Shown: positions 9,834 through 20,001 of the stretch, piece after piece
Numbering within the stretch: the stretch's first letter is position 1
Layout of the letters: every line of letters begins with the position of its first letter
DNA from: Candidatus Heimdallarchaeum endolithica
GTDB taxonomy: Archaea; Asgardarchaeota; Heimdallarchaeia; Heimdallarchaeales; Heimdallarchaeaceae
DNA: 64,000 bases
Assembly (NCBI GenBank): GCA_021513715.1
Contig: CP084167.1
Coordinates: forward strand, 1,856,001 to 1,920,000
Direction: 5' to 3'
Position numbers and translations under genes: made by a program
Notes under the pieces: model-generated
Seen by the model: only the letters and a program-made list of their open reading frames with translations
Databases searched by the model: none
What the model was told of the DNA's origin: nothing

Positions 9834-10475
9834 ATGGGTGGAATTCGTAGACACAGAAAGAAGATTGTAACTCCTGGTCATCCTTATGACAGTGAGAGAT
9901 TAATAAATGAGCTTGTATTTGTTGGAGAATATGGTCTCAGAAATAAGAAAGAATTGTGGAAAGCTAGAACTATTCTTTCTACAGCTAGAGCTCAAGCTAG
10001 AAAGCTCTTAGCTCAACCAGCTGAAATTCGAGAACAAAGAGAAAAAGAGTTGCTTTCAAGATTAACTCGTTTAGGTTTACTCCCTCCTGGAGCAGATTTA
10101 GATACTGTTCTAGCTCTTGATGTTAGATCAGTACTTAATCGTCGGTTACAAACTATTGTATTTAACAAAGGTTTAGCTCGTTCTCCTTATCAAGCTAGGC
10201 AATTTGTTGTTCATAGACATATTGCTTTAAATGGTAGAGTAGTAACTTCTCCTGGAAGACTAATTACTGTTGAGGAAGAAGATTTAATTTCTTATGCTCC
10301 TCGTTCACCCCTCAACAGAGATGATCATCCAGCAAAACCTCAAGCAACTCCAGTTTTTGAAGAGCCAAAGGGAAAAACTAAACCTGGTAGATCTAAAGAT
10401 AATGCAAAAAGCCAAGAAAATGAAGGACCAGAAAAAGTTGAGGAAGTAGAGGTTCTAGAAGAAATTGAAGGATAA
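9834..10475 (+). CDS. rps4: 30S ribosomal protein uS4 with extended C-tail
   Basis: YGLRNKKELWK, RRLQTIV..KGLA.S..QARQFVVHRHI. Confidence 0.97.
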   Translation: MGGIRRHRKKIVTPGHPYDSERLINELVFVGEYGLRNKKELWKARTILSTARAQARKLLAQPAEIREQREKELLSRLTRLGLLPPGADLDTVLALDVRSVLNRRLQTIVFNKGLARSPYQARQFVVHRHIALNGRVVTSPGRLITVEEEDLISYAPRSPLNRDDHPAKPQATPVFEEPKGKTKPGRSKDNAKSQENEGPEKVEEVEVLEEIEG

Positions 10476-10494
10476 AGGAGTCAAGGTGTAAGAA

Positions 10495-10890
10495 ATGAGT
10501 AAGAGAAATATCAAATTTGGGATAGCTCACATTTACAGCAGCTATAATGACACAATTGTTCACATAACTGATCTATCAGGAGCAGAAACTTTTAGTAGAA
10601 AAAGTGGAGGGATGTTTGTAAAAGCAGATAGAAACGAGTCCAGTCCATACGCTGCAATGAAAGCCGCTAGTGAAGCAGCTAATGAAGCAATGGATAAAGG
10701 AATAACTGGTTTATATGTCAGATACAGAGCTCCTGGTGGTCATAAAAACAGAACTCCAGGACCAGGAGTTCAAGCTGCATTAAGAGCTTTAAAAAGAGCA
10801 GGAATGCGAATAGTTAGATTAGAAGATGTTACTCCTCTTCCAACGGATGGTACCAGAAGAAAAGGTGGCCGTCGAGGAAGAAGAATGTAA
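10495..10890 (+). CDS. rps11: 30S ribosomal protein uS11
   Basis: [38 protein letters not shown]. Confidence 0.97.
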   Translation: MSKRNIKFGIAHIYSSYNDTIVHITDLSGAETFSRKSGGMFVKADRNESSPYAAMKAASEAANEAMDKGITGLYVRYRAPGGHKNRTPGPGVQAALRALKRAGMRIVRLEDVTPLPTDGTRRKGGRRGRRM

Positions 10891-10990
10891 ACTTTTTTCT
10901 TTTCTCTTTTTTATTTATTGAAAAATAGAAATATTGCTCTAACAAGAATATTTTCTAAAAATTTATTATTTAGCTTTTGCTATCACCATT

Positions 10991-11872
10991 ATGAGTTTTC
11001 TAAATATAAATAATGATTGCATTTTATGTGGTCGATGTGTAGATATTTGCCCTAGATACATTTTCCAAATTGATAAAGCAAAATCTAAGAAAGTGATGAT
11101 TAATGAAAATATTCAATATTGCCACGATTGTGGGCATTGTATTGCAATATGTCCCAAAGATGCAATAATTAATACTAGAATGGGAGATAATTTAGAGGTA
11201 GATTTTCCGTTAGTTCCTTCAAGTATTGATTATGAAAAAGCTTTATCTTTTATTCGCATAAGAAGATCAATAAGGAAATTTAAATCTGAACCTATCTCTG
11301 AAGAAAAGATTAAGCAACTTTTGGAATTTGGAAGATTTGCCCCTACTGGCCACAACACCAACGCAGTTGAGTATACAATAGTTGTTGGAAGAAACAAAGT
11401 TGATCTTTTATGGAAAGAAACAGTTCAATTAATGAAAGAAGTGATATGCAAAATTAACAATCCATTTTGGGTTGCAATGGCTTATCTACTCGGAAAAAAG
11501 AATTTTATAAAAGAAGCTAAAAAAAATGAATATAGATTAAAAAGCCATATCACTAACTTTGAGAATAAAAGAGATACAATTTTTCATGGAGCACCTATGT
11601 TGATTTTACTGCATGCAGGAAAGAAAGCTGCAAGCCCAATTGAAGATTGTGCAATAGCTTCTGAGAACATTATGCTAGGAGCGAGTACATTAGGATTAGG
11701 AGCAACAATTATTGGTTACTTTATTAGAGCGTGGAAATACTCAAAAAAAATAAAAAGACTTGTAAACCTACCGGAAAACCATATACTTTATTCCTGTTTA
11801 AGTGTGGGTATTCCAGCTTATAATTTCAGAAGACTGGTCCCACGACCAGAACCAAAAATTTCCTTTATATAG
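10991..11872 (+). CDS. Ferredoxin-nitroreductase fusion
   Basis: Two CxxCxxCxxxCP motifs, RRSIRKF, APTGHN, LGLGAT. Confidence 0.9.
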   Translation: MSFLNINNDCILCGRCVDICPRYIFQIDKAKSKKVMINENIQYCHDCGHCIAICPKDAIINTRMGDNLEVDFPLVPSSIDYEKALSFIRIRRSIRKFKSEPISEEKIKQLLEFGRFAPTGHNTNAVEYTIVVGRNKVDLLWKETVQLMKEVICKINNPFWVAMAYLLGKKNFIKEAKKNEYRLKSHITNFENKRDTIFHGAPMLILLHAGKKAASPIEDCAIASENIMLGASTLGLGATIIGYFIRAWKYSKKIKRLVNLPENHILYSCLSVGIPAYNFRRLVPRPEPKISFI

Positions 11873-11900
11873 GTTATAAGATAAAAATAATAAAATATTG

Positions 11901-12560
11901 TTAATATAGCTGTTCCAAGAGCTTATCGAGATGTTTTATCATCTCTCTCTTCAATACTTCTTTAGGTGGTTTTTCTAGAGTTTTAATCGCTGTCAAATCT
12001 TGTTCTAATATAATATGAGCTGCTATGGTACGAAGAATATCATTATACACACTTTCTGGAAGTTGATGTTCAATACTTGTTATAGGTTCTGCCTTAATCA
12101 TTTCTTTCTTTTGTCTAACTGTAGATTTAACAACAACTTTTTCCTTTGGAACAAGCATTTTTTCTCCAGAGACTAGTGCTCTTTCTTGTTCGTCTATTGC
12201 TTGAAAGGTTGCTTTTTCTATTTTAATGTCTACTGGCTTCATTACCTCCCGTATTGTTTCTTTACCAAAATCTTCTAATTTTCCTGCAAATATCTCTTGC
12301 AATTTTTCTTCTGATTCTTCATGCTCAATATTCACAATTTTATACTTAGAAGAGAAGAATCTTGCATTGAGATTAGTTGCAGCTCTCCCTGCTGCATAAG
12401 CTAATGATCTGGTTATGCCTGGTTTTCTGTATATCCAAATTTTTTTTGGTTCTCGATCTAAAATTAAATACGCCCCACTACCTTTTTCTAGGCTTGAAAT
12501 ATCTGCTCCAACCTCTGAATAACTTCCATCCTTTTTTACAGAGAAGATTCTTATTGTCAT
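11901..12560 (-). CDS. Single gelsolin-domain protein with C-terminal extension
   Basis: AYLILD....IWIY.....AA...A..LN....IVNIEHEESEE..QEIF matches the gelsolin repeat pattern. Confidence 0.65.
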   Translation of the reverse strand: MTIRIFSVKKDGSYSEVGADISSLEKGSGAYLILDREPKKIWIYRKPGITRSLAYAAGRAATNLNARFFSSKYKIVNIEHEESEEKLQEIFAGKLEDFGKETIREVMKPVDIKIEKATFQAIDEQERALVSGEKMLVPKEKVVVKSTVRQKKEMIKAEPITSIEHQLPESVYNDILRTIAAHIILEQDLTAIKTLEKPPKEVLKREMIKHLDKLLEQLY

Positions 12561-12642
12561 TGGATCCCCCTTAAAATTACATACTAGTAATACAATTGGA
12601 AGGGGATACTAAAATTTTTCCTTTTTTCTTCAAACTAAAATA

Positions 12643-13362
12643 CTATTCAGCATAAAGAGTTCTATCTTCTATATTTGCATTTGAAAACGCTCTTTTTCTT
12701 CGTAAACAGCTCTCACATTTTCCACAATGAATTGGTCTTCCATCTTTAGTCCATCCAGTGATTCTGTAACATGAAGACGAAAACTCATATTTCGCACTTT
12801 TTTCATTTAGAAACAAAACAATATCCTTTTTATTAGAAGTAATAAAAGGAGAAATAACTCTTACTTTATTCATACAACCAAGTTTCATAACAGCATTCAT
12901 TCGTTCAACAAAATCTTCAGTATTATCAGGAAAAGTTTCTCCTTCTTCCATATTTGCACCAAAGATGATATCCACTGAATTTTTTTCACTGTCTGCATCT
13001 GATGCAGCTATAGACAAAAATAGTAAATTTCTACCTGGAACCCACACTTTTTTTGCAGAATCTATGGTTATATCCTTCTCATCTAATTTTTCAAATTCCT
13101 TAAATTCAGGGAGGTCTTCTACAGATTGAGAAAGATTGGAACCTGCTTTAGCAGTAAACTCCTTTAGAAATGGTAGAGAGATAATTTTTGATTCTATAGA
13201 AAAAAATTCTCCAAATGTTTTATTTGTTCTCTCTATTACTTCATCTTCTTTACTCCCATACAAAAATGATAATAAAGAAACAGAACCATATTTTTCTAAT
13301 GCCCAATAGAGGCAAGCTGTAGAATCTAAACCTCCTGAAAATAACACTATGGCTTTTTTCAT
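12643..13362 (-). CDS. queC: 7-cyano-7-deazaguanine synthase
   Basis: SGGLDS, VWVPGRN, FPD, SCY...HCGKCESC..R. Confidence 0.93.
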   Translation of the reverse strand: MKKAIVLFSGGLDSTACLYWALEKYGSVSLLSFLYGSKEDEVIERTNKTFGEFFSIESKIISLPFLKEFTAKAGSNLSQSVEDLPEFKEFEKLDEKDITIDSAKKVWVPGRNLLFLSIAASDADSEKNSVDIIFGANMEEGETFPDNTEDFVERMNAVMKLGCMNKVRVISPFITSNKKDIVLFLNEKSAKYEFSSSCYRITGWTKDGRPIHCGKCESCLRRKRAFSNANIEDRTLYAE

Positions 13363-13401
13363 TGTAAAACAAAAATGGCAGGTATTTTTTTATTTTTCTG
13401 T

Positions 13402-14745
13402 TTAATCCTTTCTCAATTTTACTATGAAAAAGCCTTCTGTATTATGTAAACTGGGAGTTAACATTTGCGCTTTATTTTCAAGTGATTCTATTCTTAGCCC
13501 TATCATTGGTTCCATTTTTGAAATACTAAAATTTGTATGCTTGGAGAGAAATTCTTCTATTACATACACATTTTCATCTTTAAATATTGAACAGGTTGAG
13601 TAGGTAATTTCTCCTCCATCCTCAAGTATTCTTGCTGATTCATCTAACAACTTCTTTTGAATATTAGTATAAAATTTCAAATCTCTTTTTTCTAATCGAA
13701 ATTTCGTTTCAGGTCTAGTAGAATAAGTTCCAGAACCCGTACATGGCGGGTCAAGAAGTATTTTGTTAAACTTATTCTTGAATAAACTTGATATCATTTT
13801 TGAATCTGTGTTTACAATTTCAATTCCTTTAACGCCTAGTAGTTCCATCCTCTGCTTCAAAATAGAGACTCTTCTTTCATTTAACTCGCAAGCAAATATA
13901 TTATTTCCAGAATTTATTAATGCAGCTAAATGTGATGATTTTTGTCCTGGTGCAGCACATAAATCTAAAATAAGATCTTGAGGTTTAGGGTTTAATATTA
14001 GAGAGACCAATGCTGAAGATTTCTGTTGTATTACTATTTTTCCATCTTTAAAAATATCTAATCTAGGGAGAGCAATGGGAGACTTTTTAATTTGTATTAA
14101 ATTAGGTACATCTTTATCAATTTGATATTTAATATCAAATGAAGTTAACACACTCTCTATTTCCTTCAGTTCAGATTTTAAAGTATTCACTCTTATATAA
14201 GTAGGGAGTACAGTTTGGATCGAATTAAGAAAATCTAGTGAAAAATTTTCTCCCCATTGAGAAAATAACTTCCGAATGATCCAAGTCGGGGTGGAATATT
14301 TTAGAGATAAGAGACTAACTTCATCTTTGTTTCTTTTCAGCATTTCCATTGTTACAGATTCAATGTTTCTCACGATTTCATCAAAGACGAATTTTTCGTT
14401 TTTTTTGAATATAGCGTTGAATTCTTTCTTTATATTGCTTAACATCGAACTGTATACTTGAGAATACTTAACAATAAAAGTAATTAAACGTAACAATGCC
14501 TTTTTTTCAAATGACAATTTCTTCAATGAAAAATATGAAGAGCTTTCTTTTATATAAAGGTCGATTACATTTAGTTTTCCTATAATATTAAAAACAATAT
14601 AGTATATCCTTGCTTCTTCATCTTTAGTTAACGTATATTCTGTTCTAACTCTATTCATTGCGTTTCGTATTGAATCTCCTTTTTCTACTTGAACTAAAGC
14701 AGCGATAACAGGTTTTGTAATTATATTCATTTCTCTCCCTCTCAT
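13402..14745 (-). CDS. RsmB/NOL1/NOP2 RNA m5C methyltransferase
   Basis: RVNTLK, DLCAAPGQKS, LLDPPCTGSG, YSTCS, EN, GFFI. Confidence 0.92.
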   Translation of the reverse strand: MRGREMNIITKPVIAALVQVEKGDSIRNAMNRVRTEYTLTKDEEARIYYIVFNIIGKLNVIDLYIKESSSYFSLKKLSFEKKALLRLITFIVKYSQVYSSMLSNIKKEFNAIFKKNEKFVFDEIVRNIESVTMEMLKRNKDEVSLLSLKYSTPTWIIRKLFSQWGENFSLDFLNSIQTVLPTYIRVNTLKSELKEIESVLTSFDIKYQIDKDVPNLIQIKKSPIALPRLDIFKDGKIVIQQKSSALVSLILNPKPQDLILDLCAAPGQKSSHLAALINSGNNIFACELNERRVSILKQRMELLGVKGIEIVNTDSKMISSLFKNKFNKILLDPPCTGSGTYSTRPETKFRLEKRDLKFYTNIQKKLLDESARILEDGGEITYSTCSIFKDENVYVIEEFLSKHTNFSISKMEPMIGLRIESLENKAQMLTPSLHNTEGFFIVKLRKD

Positions 14746-14770
14746 TTTTAGATTTTGTTCTAACTATACA

Positions 14771-15574
14771 TCAATATTGCTCATAATCGTGAAGAGTTTT
14801 TAATTTTATTGAATCTTGCGGAAGAAATAGTGCAGGTATCTCAACATCTAACTGGATTATTTGTGCAAGTTTTCTAAGTAAAATATTCATATAATCAATG
14901 TGATTCAAGTATATTAAATTCAAGTTTGCTTCTTTGTACAAAGGCAACCTTTGTGAACTTAAGTAAAAAGAGATTATAGTATCCACCCCAGCATCTTTTA
15001 TTGCAAAAATATCATTTGTTGTAAATGGAATTGAAGGATTTTCTACAATTAATTTAGAATTCTCTTTCTTCATATCTAAAAACACCAAATTTTTTGATAG
15101 GTGAGAGATGGATGTGATGAACTCATCTAGGGATATAGGTGATACAGAAAAAATCGAACTGTTACAATTATCTAAAGTAATAGGCTCTTCATCAAGATAA
15201 TTTATCCCTATCGTATTAAGGAAATATTGGAAACCAGTTTTAAACAACCATTCTTGTGACATATTAATTGTACTTATATTATTAATTGATAGTGCCCTTA
15301 TTAGCTCATATTCTTTATCAACAAGCATACCTTTTTCAGCTTTAGCAAAAGGTATAGACTCTGTTTTTAGAACAAGATTCAGTTTGTTTTCTAACATAAA
15401 AACGATATTACTATTCGAAAAATAGGGTGTAACTAAAATACCAGATATATGAAGCGCTTTCAATCTTTCTTCATTAGTTGGAGCGAATTCAACGGTAAAC
15501 GCCTGAGAGGACATAATATCAACAGTAAATGTTTTCCTAAGTTGTTTAAGAAATTTATAAAGTGTTATAGCCAT
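14771..15574 (-). CDS. Hypothetical protein, possibly degenerate NIF3/DUF34-like
   Basis: In operon with the que genes. Size and C-terminal A..AGVD..I...LNLI.LNH pattern resemble DUF34, but most metal ligands are absent. Confidence 0.4.
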   Translation of the reverse strand: MAITLYKFLKQLRKTFTVDIMSSQAFTVEFAPTNEERLKALHISGILVTPYFSNSNIVFMLENKLNLVLKTESIPFAKAEKGMLVDKEYELIRALSINNISTINMSQEWLFKTGFQYFLNTIGINYLDEEPITLDNCNSSIFSVSPISLDEFITSISHLSKNLVFLDMKKENSKLIVENPSIPFTTNDIFAIKDAGVDTIISFYLSSQRLPLYKEANLNLIYLNHIDYMNILLRKLAQIIQLDVEIPALFLPQDSIKLKTLHDYEQY

Positions 15575-15629
15575 AAATAATGAATCTCTAAAACGAATAA
15601 AAAAGATTTGGATAAAAACTGTTCTTTTT

Positions 15630-16082
15630 CTATTCTGAAAAAGAAGCTATACTCGTTGGAGTTTCAGATATAGAAACTGTGATTTTCAATTTAGGGTAAG
15701 TTTCTTTTATTAAATTATGGATATATTTTGCCAACAACTCTGCTGTTGTAGCTTCAATAGGGAGAATTAACACATCGTCTTTTGGAAAACGATAATATTT
15801 ATTTTCAGTAGTTAAAATCTTTACTTCGCGTTCATCAGAAATTATATTAAATTCTTTATTCTGTGAGGGAACTAGTATCCTATGGTCGAATTGTTTTACT
15901 ATATTTCGAACTTTAGTTTTAAATTCTCCAAAATCAACCACCATCTTTTTCACATTTAATTGTCCTTCAGCTTCAACTCTTAATCTATAGTTATGTCCAT
16001 GCAATCTAGAACATTTATCATGATTAGATAGTATGTGAGCTGCTGAAAACGAAATCTTATCTCCTGAAATTTGTATCTTCAT
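15630..16082 (-). CDS. queD: 6-carboxytetrahydropterin synthase
   Basis: FSAAH, C.RLHGHNY, VDFG, FDHR, TAE, SET. Confidence 0.93.
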   Translation of the reverse strand: MKIQISGDKISFSAAHILSNHDKCSRLHGHNYRLRVEAEGQLNVKKMVVDFGEFKTKVRNIVKQFDHRILVPSQNKEFNIISDEREVKILTTENKYYRFPKDDVLILPIEATTAELLAKYIHNLIKETYPKLKITVSISETPTSIASFSE

Positions 16083-16087
16083 TTACA

Positions 16088-16711
16088 TCACTTAATTACC
16101 CTTGTTTTAACAATATCACGTTTAACTTTATCTATTTCTTGAACATATTTTCTTGCTACTGAAATTGCAAACGACAATAATTCTTTCTCAGAGAAACCTA
16201 TTTCTTTCAAGCCTATAGCTTGAACATGGTTTGGCACTCCTGAGCTTAAAATGTTTATTCCAAAGTGGATTTTACCGCTATTTCCTCCAATTGTAGCAAC
16301 ACCCACATTTAGTTTTTTTCCACCAATATAAATATCAGTTCCTCTACGTTGTACTGAAGTAATACCCCGTTCAATTAATGATTCTATTATAACCATCGTT
16401 AAAATTCTAAGCCTATAATACATAATTTCTAAATTTGGAGGTTGAATATCAAATTCTTCAACTATAAAATGAATCACATCATCAGAACTTATTAGAACTT
16501 TTGCTAGATGGGACTCGTCTATAATATCTTTTAGATCAAGCATCTCTTTGGGAGTTAATTTCATACTTCCTCTAAATATCAACACACTGTTTCCTGGAAC
16601 ATTATAATGTTCATATGTGTATAGGGGATGTATCTGTAAACCATTGTAACATACCCCTTCATCGAAATTCAAATATTTAATTGAATAATTTTTTATTTTT
16701 TCTTCATCCAT
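16088..16711 (-). CDS. DUF366-family protein (lipoate/biotin ligase-like fold)
   Basis: YNG.QI, FRG, M.DL.D, HFIVE.FD, R.G.DIY...KKL.V..AT, IH.GIN; usual neighbour of queD/queE. Confidence 0.75.
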   Translation of the reverse strand: MDEEKIKNYSIKYLNFDEGVCYNGLQIHPLYTYEHYNVPGNSVLIFRGSMKLTPKEMLDLKDIIDESHLAKVLISSDDVIHFIVEEFDIQPPNLEIMYYRLRILTMVIIESLIERGITSVQRRGTDIYIGGKKLNVGVATIGGNSGKIHFGINILSSGVPNHVQAIGLKEIGFSEKELLSFAISVARKYVQEIDKVKRDIVKTRVIK

Positions 16712-17666
16712 TATTCTTTTCCTCCAACAACTGTTTTTTCAAGTCACCTATAGTTGTGCAAACTTCAGCAACTGCATCATGTTGGTGAATACTCTCATAA
16801 TTAATTTGCTTTGCATATACTTGCACTTCATCTGGCAAATAACCAAACTTAAAAACTACATTCTGTAATAATGTTCTAATTACATCTTCAACAAAACCAG
16901 GCTTTTTATGTGCATATAATACTACTGCTTGTTCATCTTTTCTTTTTAGTACTTCATGAATTGGAGCACTCATACTTATTTCCATTAGTGCAATGATGTC
17001 ATCTAACTCAATTCGAGGAGAATCATCAGGCAACTCAAATAATAATGTTGCTTTTGATCTTTGATTATGCGCAGCTAGAGGGATTATATCCAAAATTTCA
17101 TTAATTTGTTCATCTGTATATCCTTTTTTCTTTAATTGCTCTTTAGCAAAATCACGAGACAATTCTTCTGAACAAGGACAAACTGTAGTTCCTTGTACTT
17201 CAGCCCCAATAATTTTTTTTATTCTAATTTCTCCATCAATGACTTCAGCTTTTGCTCCAGCTTTTAATTTATGAACACTCGATTTTTTCTTAAGAAGAGG
17301 TTCAGAGAACGTTTCAGCCTCATAGTTAGCCTCAAGCCTTACTTCCGAAAATTTAGCCCCATCTTGGATTTCTATAACTCTCTTTGCTATTCTCGAGCAT
17401 AATACTTCTGTATCTGAAATAACTTCACTAAGTAATTCCGCTGTAACTTCATTTATTGCCTCAATATTACGTGACATATGTATTCCTCTTTGAGTAGAAA
17501 CAAGATCTACATACACATCAATTTTAGCTGATAATTCATTATAGGAATTCTTCCATTTTCTTCTAATTATTTTAGGTATATTACTAACACCTACTCGTTG
17601 TAAACTTAACTTTATTAGTGCTTTATCAGCTTGCACATCAGAAATAATTTCACTATTTAAACTCAT
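16704..17666 (-). CDS. mptA: GTP cyclohydrolase MptA/FolE2
   Basis: DVQ, RVGV, RGIHMSR, TVCPCS, HNQR, KRKDE, FVED, ESIHQHDA. Confidence 0.9.
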   Translation of the reverse strand: MSLNSEIISDVQADKALIKLSLQRVGVSNIPKIIRRKWKNSYNELSAKIDVYVDLVSTQRGIHMSRNIEAINEVTAELLSEVISDTEVLCSRIAKRVIEIQDGAKFSEVRLEANYEAETFSEPLLKKKSSVHKLKAGAKAEVIDGEIRIKKIIGAEVQGTTVCPCSEELSRDFAKEQLKKKGYTDEQINEILDIIPLAAHNQRSKATLLFELPDDSPRIELDDIIALMEISMSAPIHEVLKRKDEQAVVLYAHKKPGFVEDVIRTLLQNVVFKFGYLPDEVQVYAKQINYESIHQHDAVAEVCTTIGDLKKQLLEEKNNG

Positions 17667-17674
17667 TTTTTCAC

Positions 17675-18514
17675 CTACAAGATATTAATTAATTTATGAA
17701 CTTGGACTGAAAGTCCAATATTTTCAGGGGGAAGATATTCACCAGCTATTTCAGTGAAAGACTTAATTTTATTCCATGTGGGAGATTTAAGCTCAAGTCC
17801 CTTTTTAGGAGTAACAGGCTGAATTACCAAGGGAATTTGATACTTACCACACATACTAGAAATATAATGGAAATCTTCTTCAGTTGATTTATTAGATATT
17901 ACGACTTTTGCAAATACTTTTACTCCACTTTTTTGTAGGATTTTACACATTTTGAGCTCTTGTTCAGCTAATTTTTTCCAATCTTTAGCTGATTGTGCAC
18001 TTCTATCTTTAATATCTACACAAGCATAGTCTATTTTATTGGAAATACGTTTTAACCCTAGGAGATCTTCAGTATATGCCGTTTCCAAATATAGTAGATA
18101 CCCTTTTTTCTTTAATTCGTTTACAAGTTCAGCAGCAAAATCTATTTGTAATAAGGGTTCTCCTCCAGTTAAACTAACAGAATGGAGATCTGACGTTCTT
18201 AGGTTATCTACAATTGCTACTAGTTGAGCAACTGAAATAGGGTTTTCAATTTTGTAAAATTCTTGCCCTCCTGCTTCTTTTTCTACAAGAATAAATTTTG
18301 GTTCCAATGTTTGAGCTTTAGGACTATCACACCACACACAACCTTTTGTTCCACAAACTCCAAGTGCTAAAGGGCAACCTGCCAAACGGATAAATATCTG
18401 TCTTAAACCATAACAGCTACCTGAAAGTGAAGCACCTTCACCTTGGAAAGAAGAGAATATTTCTTGTACAAAACCATATTTAGTTAGCTCTTTTTTCATT
18501 ACTAGAAAGCACAT
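17675..18514 (-). CDS. queE: 7-carboxy-7-deazaguanine synthase (radical SAM); start probably ATG near 18499
   Basis: EIFSSFQGEG, FIRLAGC...C..CDS, TGGEPL, LET, QPVT, QVHK. Confidence 0.92.
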   Translation of the reverse strand: MCFLVMKKELTKYGFVQEIFSSFQGEGASLSGSCYGLRQIFIRLAGCPLALGVCGTKGCVWCDSPKAQTLEPKFILVEKEAGGQEFYKIENPISVAQLVAIVDNLRTSDLHSVSLTGGEPLLQIDFAAELVNELKKKGYLLYLETAYTEDLLGLKRISNKIDYACVDIKDRSAQSAKDWKKLAEQELKMCKILQKSGVKVFAKVVISNKSTEEDFHYISSMCGKYQIPLVIQPVTPKKGLELKSPTWNKIKSFTEIAGEYLPPENIGLSVQVHKLINIL

Positions 18515-18600
18515 TTAGGGGTAAATAAAAATTCTCTTTTAACAGAATAATAATTTTCAAATTTGTAAGTAAAAAAATAGAAAAAAGAATGATAAGCAGT

Positions 18601-19431
18601 TCACTCATATTTTCGTTTAATTGCGGACAAAACTCTTTCTTGCCAGTCAACTAACTTTTCAGCGAGCTCCTTATGTAAATCAGGATGTAAAGGAGCATCA
18701 ACTTTAAGTTTGTCAATTTTTTTCAACCAACTATTAATTTCATACAACATTGGGCTCATACCCACACTGGTTTCCACTTCATCACGCAATTCTTCAAGGA
18801 ATTTCAGAACAGAACTAGAAATTGATTGTGGACTTATCATCTGTGAGATGTGTTTAAACTTATTCTTTATTGCGTCCATTGCTACTTGTGCATCAGCAGA
18901 AGCAGTAGAAATATCTGGTTCTTCAGTTATCCCAGGTGAAGTGTATTCAATACTAGTTTCCTTTTGAGGAGCAGGTTCACTTATCTCGAAATTACTGCTA
19001 AGTACTTCAGAACTAGATAAAGTAGTTGCTGGAGCAGGCTCTGAAGGAATAGGCTTACGTTCAACCTTTTGAGGAACCTCTTGTTTTGAAACTTCAACTA
19101 ATTTTTTATCAAGATTTACTGTTAATTCCTCAATTTTTGTTTCTAAAAGTCCTAAAACATTTCGAATTGAAGGTATATCGGTTAAATACTGTAAATTTTC
19201 TAAGGATATATTAGCTAATTTATCACTAACAAGATAAAAACTATCAATCTTAGCTTTAAGGTTATCAACTTTTACGCTCAATTCATTTAAATTAAATCCG
19301 CCTATTTGTTTCTCAAAGTTTGATAATTGTTCAGAAAAATGACTTATTGTACTTTGAATTGCGTTTACAGATTCTGCTAAGGTGTTGATTGAATTAACTA
19401 ATTCTACAAGTTTATTTTCAACATCACTCAT
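18601..19431 (-). CDS. Hypothetical protein: N-terminal coiled coil, P/S/T/E linker, C-terminal helical domain
   Basis: Heptad pattern over the first ~110 aa; low-complexity linker. Confidence 0.7.
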   Translation of the reverse strand: MSDVENKLVELVNSINTLAESVNAIQSTISHFSEQLSNFEKQIGGFNLNELSVKVDNLKAKIDSFYLVSDKLANISLENLQYLTDIPSIRNVLGLLETKIEELTVNLDKKLVEVSKQEVPQKVERKPIPSEPAPATTLSSSEVLSSNFEISEPAPQKETSIEYTSPGITEEPDISTASADAQVAMDAIKNKFKHISQMISPQSISSSVLKFLEELRDEVETSVGMSPMLYEINSWLKKIDKLKVDAPLHPDLHKELAEKLVDWQERVLSAIKRKYE

Positions 19432-19636
19432 TTAATTTCACTTACTTGATTTTAATATAAATAACTATAAAAAATTTATTGCGAATGGAAATTTATTTTT
19501 TTGATAATAACACCCATTACTATTTTTAGAGAGAAAATAATTTTTAGAAACAAAAATGTAATATAAGCCTAATTAGATCTTATTTAGGAGAAGTCATAGT
19601 TTAAATAAAAATAAGAGAAAAGATGAAGAATCATCA

Positions 19637-19786
19637 TCATCTTTTTTGAAGTTCAAGCAATATTAACAATAGGGCAGCAATTACACCTTTTTCATCACCT
19701 GCTAATTTTTTAAATTCATCACGCTCAAGCATTTGAGCTACACTTCGCCATTGAATTAAAAGTTGAATGAGTTCTCTTTCCGACAT
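19637..19786 (-). CDS. 49-aa small protein missed by the ORF track
   Basis: MSERELIQLLIQWRSVAQMLERDEFKKLAGDEKGVIAALLLILLELQKR; ends in three consecutive in-frame TGA; fills an otherwise empty gap. Confidence 0.6.
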   Translation of the reverse strand: MSERELIQLLIQWRSVAQMLERDEFKKLAGDEKGVIAALLLILLELQKR

Positions 19787-20001
19787 AGCTATCAACGAAA
19801 TAAATTCACAAATTAAATTGATAAGTTTTGTGTAAGAAAAAACAAAAAGCTAAAAAAGTCAACTATATCTCGCCAAAGTTCAGAAAGTTTAATAGTTTTT
19901 AAAATGCTTTAAAAAATGAAAAAACAAAATTAACATAAAGGATAAAAATAAGAAAAATGTAATGGAAATATTAACGAAGAAAATATCAAGGAAGAATTAA
20001 T

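Noticed and set aside
19631-19639. TGA TGA TGA as selenocysteine codons
   Set aside because: No selenoprotein context or SECIS seen; best read as tandem stops.
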